Below, in pieces: positions 38,249-47,561 of a stretch of 64,000 nt of DNA. Source of the DNA: Candidatus Hodarchaeota archaeon (GTDB lineage Archaea; Asgardarchaeota; Lokiarchaeia; Sigyniarchaeales; SOKP01); NCBI GenBank assembly GCA_048886685.1, contig JBHLKM010000005.1, positions 106,958-170,957 of the forward strand, given 5' to 3'. Each line of letters starts with the position of its first letter. The first letter of the stretch is position 1. Made by a program: the position numbers and the translations under genes. The notes beneath the pieces were generated by a model that saw nothing but the letters and a program-made list of their open reading frames with translations, was not told where the DNA came from and made no database searches.

Positions 38249-40444
38249 CTACCAAGAAAGACCTTTGAGAAATTTTATATCTTGGATGATTCTTTGAGAT
38301 TCGTGTTTTGGAACCTCCATGAAAGCAAAGAATTCATTCTGCCAAAAAGCCTTTCCAGAAGTTGTACTTCGTATATCTTCAGCAAATTTAATGGAATTTC
38401 GTACTGATAATAATATTTCAATGATTGCTTGGTATTCTTTCTCTTGATCAATGGTTTTAATTTTCGCAGAATATTTTGAAAGTAGTGAAATGGTATTTTT
38501 AATTTGATCAGGGGGGAGTTGTATTATCGTGTGATAAATTGGCTCTAAAAGGATTAATTCTGCTTCCTTTAATCCCTTTCTTATGGCTTCATAAAACATT
38601 GATGATAAATCTGTGAATACACTTTCCTGTTGAGTAGTATCAATGGCTAAATCCTCAATTTTAATTTTAAGTTCGGTTAGTTTCTCATTACATAATGGTC
38701 CGTTTAAATGGATTTTCTCAATAATTTCTATTATTGCATTTTTATATAAATCATCAATTTCCTTACTTGCATTGTAAATTACTATATTTTGATCTTCATC
38801 ACAAATCCAAAATCTTTCAATTTCTTTATCAGTTAATCCTGTATTTTCTTTTAAAACATCCATTAATACCTTAAAAGGTTTTATTGTTCTATAATCAATA
38901 TTTTGAAAAAATTTAACAGTATTATCATCTAACCTTTCAACAATTAGTATTAATTTGTTTTTACCATCCGAAGATATTACTTCTATCGAAGATGAATTAT
39001 ATCGGCATGATTCTTTAAAGACCGCTCGTGGTTCCGAAGTCGAAATATTTACTCCTCTCTTTCCTATTTCATGAGCCGTGACTTCAAGATGAAGAGGCCC
39101 CATTCCAGATAATAAAAATTCTCCAGTTTCCTCATTGATTTCAAATTTTAGATTTGGATCCTCAATTAGCATATTCTCAATTAATTCTTTCATTTTATCC
39201 AAATCTCTTAGAAATTCTGGTTCAATTGATACTGTCACTACTGGAGTGGTTACATATTTTACACTTTCGAATGGAACCATTTTATCTATATGATTGCTAT
39301 CAATTATAGTTTCACCACTTCGGATAAGTTTTAATCCCTCAATTGCTACGATATTACCCACAGGGATCCTATCTACCTGTTCTCTTCTCTGACCCATGAA
39401 AATAGCAATTCTTTGAATTGTTTCATAATTATTTTCATTCAAAAGAAAAACTTCATTTCTTTTACCACAATTTCCGCAAAATATTCTTCCGGTAGCAATT
39501 AAGCCATGTTTATCAGCTTGAACTTTGCTTAAACAGATTATTAATGGTCCATTTGGATCACAGTTTATCATCGCTTTTCCTAAATCAGAATTTAGATCAC
39601 CATCCCATATTTTTCCAATTCTATATTTTTGAGCCTCAATTGGATTCGGTAAATGGTCTACAACCATTTCTAATATGGCTTTATGAATTGGAAAGTAAAA
39701 AGCCAAGTCTGTATAGCTTTCTTTTGTATAAGTTTCTTTGTTATATCTTTCTCTAATATCTTTAAAAGTTAAATTGGATTTTTCTAGGATATTTAACGTA
39801 AATCCCCATTTATGAAGTGCGGATCCAAAGGCAACATTTCCTGATAATGGTGATACTTTCCATTTTTTATTAAATGGATGATCTGCATATCTATCAATAA
39901 GTATATTAAAGGATTTTATAATCCTAGTATATTTTTTTTTAATCTGATCATCTGAAAGTTTTAATTCTCTAATTAACCTATCAACTTTATTTATAAAAAG
40001 GACCGGTTTAACTCCTTCTTGTAATGCCTGTTTAATTACGGTCTCAGATTGGGTTATGATCTCTTCAACAGCATCTACAACAATGACAACACCGTCAATA
40101 AGTCGCAAAGCTCGAGTTACCTTACCACTAAAATCTAAATGTCCTGGTGTATCAACTAAATTTATAAGAAAGGGTTCATGACCTTCAAGAGATTTCTCAT
40201 AATATAGTGAAATATTAGCAGATTTCATAGTTATTCCACGTTGCTGTTCTTCTTCAAGGTAATCTAAAGCACGTGCCTCACCTGCTAGATCTGGTGATAA
40301 AAAACCAGCCTCACTTAGTAAAGAATCAGAAAGGGTAGTTTTACCATGATCGATATGACCTGCTAAAGCAGTATTACGAATATTCTTAGTTAATTCCATT
40401 AAGTTAAGTATTTCAGTGATTTCCTTTCTACGAGGCATTCTCAA
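38249..40444 (-). CDS. Elongation factor 2 paralogue (aEF-2p type)
   Basis: GHIDHGKTT, RGIT, DTPGH, NKVD, GMGPLHLE; domain IV lacks the HRG diphthamide loop. Confidence 0.88.
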   Translation of the reverse strand: MRMPRRKEITEILNLMELTKNIRNTALAGHIDHGKTTLSDSLLSEAGFLSPDLAGEARALDYLEEEQQRGITMKSANISLYYEKSLEGHEPFLINLVDTPGHLDFSGKVTRALRLIDGVVIVVDAVEEIITQSETVIKQALQEGVKPVLFINKVDRLIRELKLSDDQIKKKYTRIIKSFNILIDRYADHPFNKKWKVSPLSGNVAFGSALHKWGFTLNILEKSNLTFKDIRERYNKETYTKESYTDLAFYFPIHKAILEMVVDHLPNPIEAQKYRIGKIWDGDLNSDLGKAMINCDPNGPLIICLSKVQADKHGLIATGRIFCGNCGKRNEVFLLNENNYETIQRIAIFMGQRREQVDRIPVGNIVAIEGLKLIRSGETIIDSNHIDKMVPFESVKYVTTPVVTVSIEPEFLRDLDKMKELIENMLIEDPNLKFEINEETGEFLLSGMGPLHLEVTAHEIGKRGVNISTSEPRAVFKESCRYNSSSIEVISSDGKNKLILIVERLDDNTVKFFQNIDYRTIKPFKVLMDVLKENTGLTDKEIERFWICDEDQNIVIYNASKEIDDLYKNAIIEIIEKIHLNGPLCNEKLTELKIKIEDLAIDTTQQESVFTDLSSMFYEAIRKGLKEAELILLEPIYHTIIQLPPDQIKNTISLLSKYSAKIKTIDQEKEYQAIIEILLSVRNSIKFAEDIRSTTSGKAFWQNEFFAFMEVPKHESQRIIQDIKFLKGLSW

Positions 40445-40536
40445 ATGTATAAGGTATCTAAATATTAATTTAGGATTATAATTAATTTGATTAAAACTTT
40501 AGTGTTTACTTACGTTTAAAGTTAGCAAATAAAGAA

Positions 40537-40636
40537 GGGAAATGATTTCTCGCTACTCAAGATCTTCGTCATTTTGAAAACAGTCTGAAAACTATTTTAA
40601 TCCGTTGGGTCAGATAGCGCATTAAAATCATTTCCC
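40537..40636. other. Long imperfect hairpin, candidate structured RNA between purN and the EF-2 paralogue
   Basis: Perfect 12-bp inverted repeat gggaaatgattt/aaatcatttccc enclosing nested stems cgcta/tagcg and ctcaa/ttggg. Confidence 0.5.
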
Positions 40637-40654
40637 CTTTTTTAAAATAAAACT

Positions 40655-41287
40655 TTATAATTTAACTTTTCCATCAATCTTTACAATCCTTCCTTCGACA
40701 TGCAGACGTCCATCACAGAAAAGTTCTATTGCTTTTGGAAAAGCTTTGTGCTCCCATTTTAGGATTCTTGGTCCTAAAGTGTCTTTACTGTCTGTATCAT
40801 AAACTGGAACTGCTTTCTGGATGATAATTGGTCCATGATCTTCATGAATATCAACAAAATGAACTGTGACTCCCGATACCTTGACTCCATAAGCTAAAGC
40901 ATCCTCATGTGCATGCATCCCCTTAAAACTAGGTAGTAATGCAGGATGGATATTCATTACATTTCCTTTAAAATGATTTATAAAATGCTCACTAACAAAA
41001 CGCATATACCCTACTAATACTATTATCTCACAACCATGTCTATCTAACACTTCAATCATTTTTTGGTCAAATTCTTCTCTAGTTCCTTGATGCTTATCTG
41101 ATTCAATCAAAACATATGCAATATTGTGGTTTCTAGCTCGTTCCATACAATAAGCTCCTGGTTTATTACAAATTAAGATTTCAACAGTTGCCTTCTTTTT
41201 TAAAATACCGTTTTTACATGATTGGACAATAGCCTCGAAGTTACTGCCTGATCCACTAGCAATTGCTCCAATTTTAACCTTTCCCAT
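40655..41287 (-). CDS. purN: Phosphoribosylglycinamide formyltransferase
   Basis: ASGSGSNFEAI, LVGYMR, NIHPALLPSFKG, GVTVHFVD, GPII. Confidence 0.96.
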   Translation of the reverse strand: MGKVKIGAIASGSGSNFEAIVQSCKNGILKKKATVEILICNKPGAYCMERARNHNIAYVLIESDKHQGTREEFDQKMIEVLDRHGCEIIVLVGYMRFVSEHFINHFKGNVMNIHPALLPSFKGMHAHEDALAYGVKVSGVTVHFVDIHEDHGPIIIQKAVPVYDTDSKDTLGPRILKWEHKAFPKAIELFCDGRLHVEGRIVKIDGKVKL

Positions 41288-41718
41288 AATTTACTCTAAC
41301 GATTGTTTTCAAAAAAAATTAATTAATAATAAGAAAACTACCCTTTAATTATTATTCTGGGGCTAAAATGTAATAATTGTTAAATTAAAGCTATATTATT
41401 ATTCGTGTTTTTAATAATCATAATGTTTTTATTTGAATAATTCATATCTATCTTAGAAATTTAGAAATATTTCATTCTAAAAACTGTTCTCTTCTTTAAT
41501 TGAGATTTATTGTAAGAGAAAAGTACTCTATTTATTCAAAACAGAGTTTCCAAAAAATTAGTTCATATATAGAAATGAAATTTCGAGTGTTATTAATAAG
41601 TATTTTGACCTATTGAAATAGATACTTAAAAATTAAATGATAAGAGAAAGAAATCAGATTCTAAATTTACTAATTCAGTAATAAGATAAGATGAATAAAT
41701 AAAAAAAAATGAAAAATT

Positions 41719-43629
41719 ATGAGTTACGAGGGAGAACTTTTACGCATTAAAGAAGAAATTATTAATAACCTTCCACCCGAAATAAGGGTTAATAAGATCG
41801 AATTTGAGGGACCGGAAATAGCTGTTTATTCTGAAAATTCTAATGTAGATGCTGTCGAAAGCTCTACAATTTTGAAAGACTTAGCTAAAACTATGAGAAA
41901 ACGTGTTGTTTTTCGCTGGAATGTGGAGAAACGTAAAGACCCCGCTGAAACTGAAGAATACATTAGAAATTTAGTCAATGAAGATGCAGAGATTTCTGCA
42001 ATAGAGTTCGATCATACGCGAGGTGAGGTAATCATCGAATCAGGCAAACCTGGAATTGTAATTGGCAAAAAAGGAATTAACTTAAAGGAAATAAGGTCAA
42101 ATACATTTTGGCAACCTAAAACCATAAGAACACCTCCACTTGCATCAAGAACTATTCAGCTAATTCGAGGTATGCTTAAAAAGGAGAGACAAACCCAAAA
42201 AGATATATTATTAAAAATTGGCAAAAGGATTCATAGACCCCCATTATTTAAGGATTTGAATATAAGATTGACTGCTTTGGGAGGTTTTCGTGAAGTAGGA
42301 CGATCTTGTGTTTTAATGCAGACTAGAGATAGTAGTGTACTATTAGATGTAGGATTAAATGTGGGGAATCCTAATGATAAATTTCCATTTTTTGAGATAC
42401 CTGAATTTTCTTTAAGAGATCTTGATGCAGTTATCATTTCCCACGCACATTTAGATCATTGTGGTCTTGTTCCATTTCTTTATAAATATGGATACCTTGG
42501 TCCAGTTTATTGTACATTACCTACGCGTAATTTAGCTACGATGTTACAGCTAGATTTTATTCAAATATGTGAAAAGGAAGGATCACCATTACCTTATTCT
42601 AAAAGAGATGTAAAACAAACAGTTCTTCACACAATACCGCTCTCTTGGGGAAAAGTAACTGATATTGCTCCAGATATTAAGCTAACACTTCATAATTCAG
42701 GTCATATCTTAGGATCTTCAATGATTCATTTGCATTTTGGAAAAGGGGATTATAATTTTGTCTATACAGGTGATTTCAAATTTCAAAAAACTCGATTATT
42801 GGAAAAAGCAGCTGTTAAATTTCCTAGAGTAGAAAGTCTTTTAATAGAATCAACATATGGTGGCCCCCAAGATCGTATTCCAAGTAGACAAGAATCTGAA
42901 AAAGAACTTAAACAAATATTAAATTCCACCCTTAAAAGAGGGGGAAAAGTTTTAATCCCAGTTCTTGCAGTAGGACGTGCTCAAGAATTATTAATAGTAC
43001 TTGAAGAATATATTTCTAAAGGATTTATAGATAAAGTCCCTATTTTTATCGATGGTTTAATTAGTGAAGCTACTGCAATTCATACGGCGAATCCCGACTT
43101 TCTTAGCAGTGATTTGAGAGAAAAAATCTTGCATCAAGGAAAAAATCCTTTCTTAAGTGATTATTTCGAGACAGTCAGTGCTCAAGAAGAAAGGTTGGAT
43201 ATAATAAAAGGAGGACCTTGTATTATATTAGCAACAAGTGGAATGCTCATAGGAGGTCCATCTGTACAATATTTAAGGGAATTAGCAAATGATCCCAAGA
43301 ATACACTTATTTTTGTTTCTTATCAAGTTAATGGAACATTAGGCGCCAGGTTGCAAAAGGGGTTTCGAGAGTTTACTTATGTAGATGCTAAAGGTCGTAC
43401 CCAACTTGTGAAATTAAATCTAAAAGTTTTTACCCTTGAAGGATTTTCAGGTCACTCTTCACGAAGTCAAATTTCCCAGTTTTTAAGACGAATTCAACCA
43501 AGACCTAAATCTATTATAGTAAATCATGGAGAAGCTTCTAAGTGTGTAAGCTTATCAACGATGATACATAAAAAATTGAGGAAACAAACTAAAAGTCCAG
43601 TCAATTTAGAAACCGTTTTACTGAAGTAA
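41719..43629 (+). CDS. fttA: aCPSF1/FttA beta-CASP ribonuclease with KH domains
   Basis: EFEGPE, KPGIVIGK, LGGFREVGRSC, SHAHLDHCG, GHILGS, ESTYGG, GFSGHS. Confidence 0.95.
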   Translation: MSYEGELLRIKEEIINNLPPEIRVNKIEFEGPEIAVYSENSNVDAVESSTILKDLAKTMRKRVVFRWNVEKRKDPAETEEYIRNLVNEDAEISAIEFDHTRGEVIIESGKPGIVIGKKGINLKEIRSNTFWQPKTIRTPPLASRTIQLIRGMLKKERQTQKDILLKIGKRIHRPPLFKDLNIRLTALGGFREVGRSCVLMQTRDSSVLLDVGLNVGNPNDKFPFFEIPEFSLRDLDAVIISHAHLDHCGLVPFLYKYGYLGPVYCTLPTRNLATMLQLDFIQICEKEGSPLPYSKRDVKQTVLHTIPLSWGKVTDIAPDIKLTLHNSGHILGSSMIHLHFGKGDYNFVYTGDFKFQKTRLLEKAAVKFPRVESLLIESTYGGPQDRIPSRQESEKELKQILNSTLKRGGKVLIPVLAVGRAQELLIVLEEYISKGFIDKVPIFIDGLISEATAIHTANPDFLSSDLREKILHQGKNPFLSDYFETVSAQEERLDIIKGGPCIILATSGMLIGGPSVQYLRELANDPKNTLIFVSYQVNGTLGARLQKGFREFTYVDAKGRTQLVKLNLKVFTLEGFSGHSSRSQISQFLRRIQPRPKSIIVNHGEASKCVSLSTMIHKKLRKQTKSPVNLETVLLK

Positions 43630-43798
43630 ACAAATCTTTTAATAACGAAGTACTTTATTCACAGAATAGAAGAATCTAAAGTTTGTATAGAATTTACTTA
43701 AATAGCTCTTTTTCTCCTATTAACATTTCTAAAGAGAAGAATTAATTTTTTTAAACAGTATTAATTAATTTTTTTAAATAAATGTTTAGTGGTAATTT

Positions 43799-44746
43799 TT
43801 GAATATTAAAAGCTTTCTATCAAAAATAAAAAATAATCGAACAACGATATTTAGACATATCGTTCAGATTGTTGCTTTTATCATAATTAATTATATACTT
43901 TTAGAAGTAATTTTTTCAATAAACCTTTTAAGTTTTGATAGTCTTGTAAAAGTTCTGCCTATCATTAACGCTCCAGAAAATCAATTGTCAAGTGGAGCTG
44001 GAATTCTGGAGTTTATATTCTATTTTATCATACTGGGAAGTTTTCCATTATTTTTAATTGCTGTGTTAGTATTAATATTAATATTTACAAATCGAGTTTT
44101 TTGTGGATGGATTTGTCCTATCGGTACAATTCAAGATGCATGCACTGCCATTCCTACCCCAAAAAAAAAGTTAAAAATCAGTACTCATAAATCAATGCTA
44201 AAAATTAAATACGTGTTTGTGATTTTAATAATAATTATTGTTTTTCCCCTTGGAATTACCTTAACAACTAATTATGAATTTTATTTGGATTATAGAGCAA
44301 ATATCGGGGATTTTGGCGATAATCCTATGGGTTATTTTTCCTTATCAGAATATATTTTTGTATTCTTTCCGAATATGATTATAGAAATGATTGAGACAGG
44401 TAGTCTACTACCACTATTTTCAAGTATATTGACATTTATTATCTTTTTCTTTTATCTTGTAATAATTGTCTTATCGGTATGGTATCCACGAGTATATTGT
44501 AGATACTTTTGTCCTTTTGCCGCTGTTGCCTCAATAGTTTCAGAATATTCCTTCTTAAAATTAACAAGAAATCCTGTGAGATGTGTAGGAAGGACTGAGT
44601 GTGGAATATGTGAAAAGATATGTCCAAAACAAATAAGAATGTTGGATGAGCCTTTTGAGTTCTTTACCGGTAAAGGAGAATGCAATTTTTGCTTAAAATG
44701 TAAAGAATCATGCCCCTATGATGCTATTGATATGAAGTTTGGGTAA
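43799..44746 (+). CDS. Membrane 4Fe-4S binding protein (NapH/MauN-like)
   Basis: RVFCGWICPIG, RVYCRYFCP and two C-terminal ferredoxin-type Cys clusters. Confidence 0.88.
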   Translation: MNIKSFLSKIKNNRTTIFRHIVQIVAFIIINYILLEVIFSINLLSFDSLVKVLPIINAPENQLSSGAGILEFIFYFIILGSFPLFLIAVLVLILIFTNRVFCGWICPIGTIQDACTAIPTPKKKLKISTHKSMLKIKYVFVILIIIIVFPLGITLTTNYEFYLDYRANIGDFGDNPMGYFSLSEYIFVFFPNMIIEMIETGSLLPLFSSILTFIIFFFYLVIIVLSVWYPRVYCRYFCPFAAVASIVSEYSFLKLTRNPVRCVGRTECGICEKICPKQIRMLDEPFEFFTGKGECNFCLKCKESCPYDAIDMKFG

Positions 44747-44854
44747 AATCTAATTAACATATTCTCAAAAGTGAAATTTTTAGATAGGATAAATCTTTAT
44801 TTTATTCGTACCAATCTTATATTAGATGCATTTTAATAAGGATTAATTTAAGCA

Positions 44855-46060
44855 ATGGATAAAAAAACAACTGAGCAACTGCAAGCGAGGATGAAGAGAG
44901 ATGTTAATGTGGGAATTCACGGGATATTAGATGAAGAAGCGACTAGATATTATGAAGATGAAAGTGAAGATATAAGACCTCCCTTCTTTAGAGATGTAGA
45001 TAGGATTGTACATTCAAAAGCTTTTAGTCGTTATATTGATAAATCTCAAGTTTTCTTTGATATCAATAATGCAAATATCACTCATAGATCACTCCATGTA
45101 ACTCTAGTATCAAGAGTCAGCAGACAAATCGGACGCGTTTTAAGATTAAACACTGATTTAATAGAAGCAATAGCCTTGGGACATGATATAGGCCACTCTC
45201 CATTTGGACACCTTGGAGAAGAACTATTAAATGAACTAAGTAAAGATTATAAGATGGGAACATTCAATCATAATGCCCAAGGTATAAGATGGCTCTCGCG
45301 TCTTGAAAAAAGATTTCCCGAAAAACCTGCTAAAGGACTTAACTTGACTTTACAGGTGTTAGATGGTATTCTCTGTCATGATGGTGAAGTTAATGAGCAG
45401 AAATTAAAACCAGTTCAAAGAAATGGAAAAAAATGGGAAGACCATCTTAAAGAATACGAGGATTGCTTTGATAAGAATATATTGAATAGAATTCCAATGT
45501 CATATGAGGGTATAGCAGTAAGATTTGCGGATACAATAAGCTACATTGGTAGAGATATTGAAGATGCTATTTTGTTAAAACTTATTAGTCGAAAAGATAT
45601 CCCTGAAGTTTGCAAAGAAGTATTAGGAGATACGAATGCTAAGATAATCAATACTCTTATAACTGATTTGTTAAACTATAGCCTTGATAATGATGTTATT
45701 GGCTATTCTGATGAAATTTTTGAAGCTTTAAAAGAACTTAAAGCTTTCAACTATGACAAGATTTATACAAGAAGAGATCTTTTTAAAAAAAATTCATTTG
45801 AAGGTACTTTTGTAGATAGTTTAAGAAATAAGTTTAAATTAATTTTTACTAAATGCTTAAGAGATTTAGAAGAAGATAATTATGATTCTCCTATTTTTAG
45901 AGACCATATTGAATATATTGATGATAAAAGCTATAGATCTTATTTTCAACCTCTTAAAAAAAAGAATAAACTAACTTTAATCGTTAGAGATTATATCGCG
46001 GGTATGTCTGATAAATATTTTGGTGATATTTTTGACTTATTTCATAATAAATTGGATTAA
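44855..46060 (+). CDS. HD-domain dNTP triphosphohydrolase (dGTPase-like)
   Basis: RDVDRIVHSKAF, LGHDIGHSPFGHLGE, HNAQG, ADTISY, DYIAGMSD. Confidence 0.9.
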   Translation: MDKKTTEQLQARMKRDVNVGIHGILDEEATRYYEDESEDIRPPFFRDVDRIVHSKAFSRYIDKSQVFFDINNANITHRSLHVTLVSRVSRQIGRVLRLNTDLIEAIALGHDIGHSPFGHLGEELLNELSKDYKMGTFNHNAQGIRWLSRLEKRFPEKPAKGLNLTLQVLDGILCHDGEVNEQKLKPVQRNGKKWEDHLKEYEDCFDKNILNRIPMSYEGIAVRFADTISYIGRDIEDAILLKLISRKDIPEVCKEVLGDTNAKIINTLITDLLNYSLDNDVIGYSDEIFEALKELKAFNYDKIYTRRDLFKKNSFEGTFVDSLRNKFKLIFTKCLRDLEEDNYDSPIFRDHIEYIDDKSYRSYFQPLKKKNKLTLIVRDYIAGMSDKYFGDIFDLFHNKLD

Positions 46061-46171
46061 ATAAATTTAATTCTTCTTAAAATTGTAGTTTACTTTTTTC
46101 CAGAATTTATAAAGTATAATATTGCGATAACATAGAATATAATAAAAAGAGAAAAATATATAATTATGAGG

Positions 46172-46308
46172 TTGGATTACACTTAGGAGGTTTTATTGTT
46201 AAAAAGTTTTTTCAGTTTACGGGGTTTTTTTTTCAGTCACGGGGTTTAAAAATTAGTTTTTGAAACTGATATCTTTTTGAATCCTCCAAATCAAATTGTG
46301 TAATCCAA
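46172..46308. repeat. Element bounded by an 11-bp inverted repeat with an internal direct repeat
   Basis: ttggattacac/gtgtaatccaa; inner ggagg/cctcc, aaaaag/cttttt, tcagttt/aaactga; tandem tttcagtttacggggttt and tttcagtcacggggttt. Confidence 0.55.
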
Positions 46309-46479
46309 GTTAAGTAATATCGATCCTTATAAATAAATTTATCTTATTTGATCAAAAAAAAAGAATTGATAATCACTTATATTTAACTGGTTTTTTGGGA
46401 TTAATTATTAAAATTTTATTAAATAGCAAATATTTTTTACAAAAATAAAATTATAACAATTAGAAATAACATCTTAAGT

Positions 46480-46583
46480 AGCCCAGTAGTGTAGAATTGG
46501 GCATATTTATTGCTCATTAGTGAAAAGGTCAAGCATCGGGGGCTCTGAACCCCTGGACCACGGTTCGAATCCGTGCTGGGCTA
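46480..46583 (+). tRNA. tRNA-Gln(CTG) with a ~30-nt D-loop insertion (probable non-canonical intron)
   Basis: Acceptor AGCCCAG/CTGGGCT, anticodon CTG at 46545-46547 in GGGGG/CCCCT stem, T-arm CACGG-TTCGAAT-CCGTG; extra sequence about 46495-46526. Confidence 0.88.
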
Positions 46584-46589
46584 TTCTTT

Positions 46590-46946
46590 TTAACCTGTTC
46601 GTTTAATAATGTGATATCCATACTGTGATTTTACAGGCTGAGAAATTTCACCTACTTTCAATTTACTGCAGGCATTCCAGAATTCAGCTACCATATCTCC
46701 CTTTGAAAATATTCCTAAATTTCCACCTCTCTTTTTACTAGGACAATTAGAAAATCGTTGAGCTAAGCTTTCAAATTTTTCCCCAGCATCTAAATCTTCT
46801 CTGATTTCTTTTGCTTTATTGAATTTATCAACTAAAATATGACTCGCTTTAATCTTCCCACCACGGATTGGATCTCCCTTAGTTCGTGATTTTTGACCCT
46901 CTGAAGTTTTTTTTTGGTATCCTTTCCCATATTTACTTTTTCCCAT
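46590..46946 (-). CDS. Parvulin-type peptidyl-prolyl isomerase with a basic N-terminal extension
   Basis: ASHILV, FESLAQRFSNCPSKKRGGNLG, PVKSQYGYHII. Confidence 0.93.
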   Translation of the reverse strand: MGKSKYGKGYQKKTSEGQKSRTKGDPIRGGKIKASHILVDKFNKAKEIREDLDAGEKFESLAQRFSNCPSKKRGGNLGIFSKGDMVAEFWNACSKLKVGEISQPVKSQYGYHIIKRTG

Positions 46947-47030
46947 AAAATTATCAACTTAGTTGATTTAACTCAAATATTATAATTATAAAATAGGATT
47001 TCAGGGTTGTATTGGGTAAAAAATGAGATT

Positions 47031-47447
47031 TTAATTAATAATCAAATATCTAAAATTTTTAATCTCTTCAATACTGTTTATTTCAACAACAAGTTTTTGG
47101 AAATCTTGTACTTGACCCTCGAAAATCATAAAAATAATAGAGTTTTGATTCACAAAATTAACATTCTTACTAACTATTTGCTCTTTATATTCACTTTCAA
47201 TTCTATTTAATTTTTTCTGTATTAAGTAGTCATTAGGGGCAATAAGGATCATATTTCCTATAATCTTTTTAGGGATTGGAGCCAATTCGCTGGTAAGATC
47301 CATACTGGAAATATCCATTGTCGACATTAATCGTAACAATGCATCTCTAATTAATTTAGATTTATTCTCATATTGATTTTTTGAAACTAGTTTATTTATA
47401 AACTTTTTAAGGCTCTCATTTAAGGACACAGAGATTATTGGGCTCAT
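47031..47447 (-). CDS. Ribbon-helix-helix regulator, NikR/CopG-like
   Basis: IISVSLNESL...YENKSKLIRDAL, with an ACT-like C-terminal domain. Confidence 0.75.
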   Translation of the reverse strand: MSPIISVSLNESLKKFINKLVSKNQYENKSKLIRDALLRLMSTMDISSMDLTSELAPIPKKIIGNMILIAPNDYLIQKKLNRIESEYKEQIVSKNVNFVNQNSIIFMIFEGQVQDFQKLVVEINSIEEIKNFRYLIIN

Positions 47448-47561
47448 CTTTTTCTCACTTCTAAATAATTGAAAGAAAATTAAAGACTAATGTAATTTTT
47501 AATATAAAATATAGATTCTAAGGTTTATAAATTTTCTTTTATATGATTTTGTTGTACTTTT

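Noticed and set aside
20897-38250. Intact integrative mobile element at tRNA-Gly
   Set aside because: No integrase, transposase or convincing att repeat was found
40537-40636. Possible SECIS element after purN
   Set aside because: purN has no in-frame TGA, and I could not form a SECIS core with a proper upper helix
46205-46250. Direct repeats as a CRISPR array
   Set aside because: Only two short adjacent copies, no spacers and no cas genes
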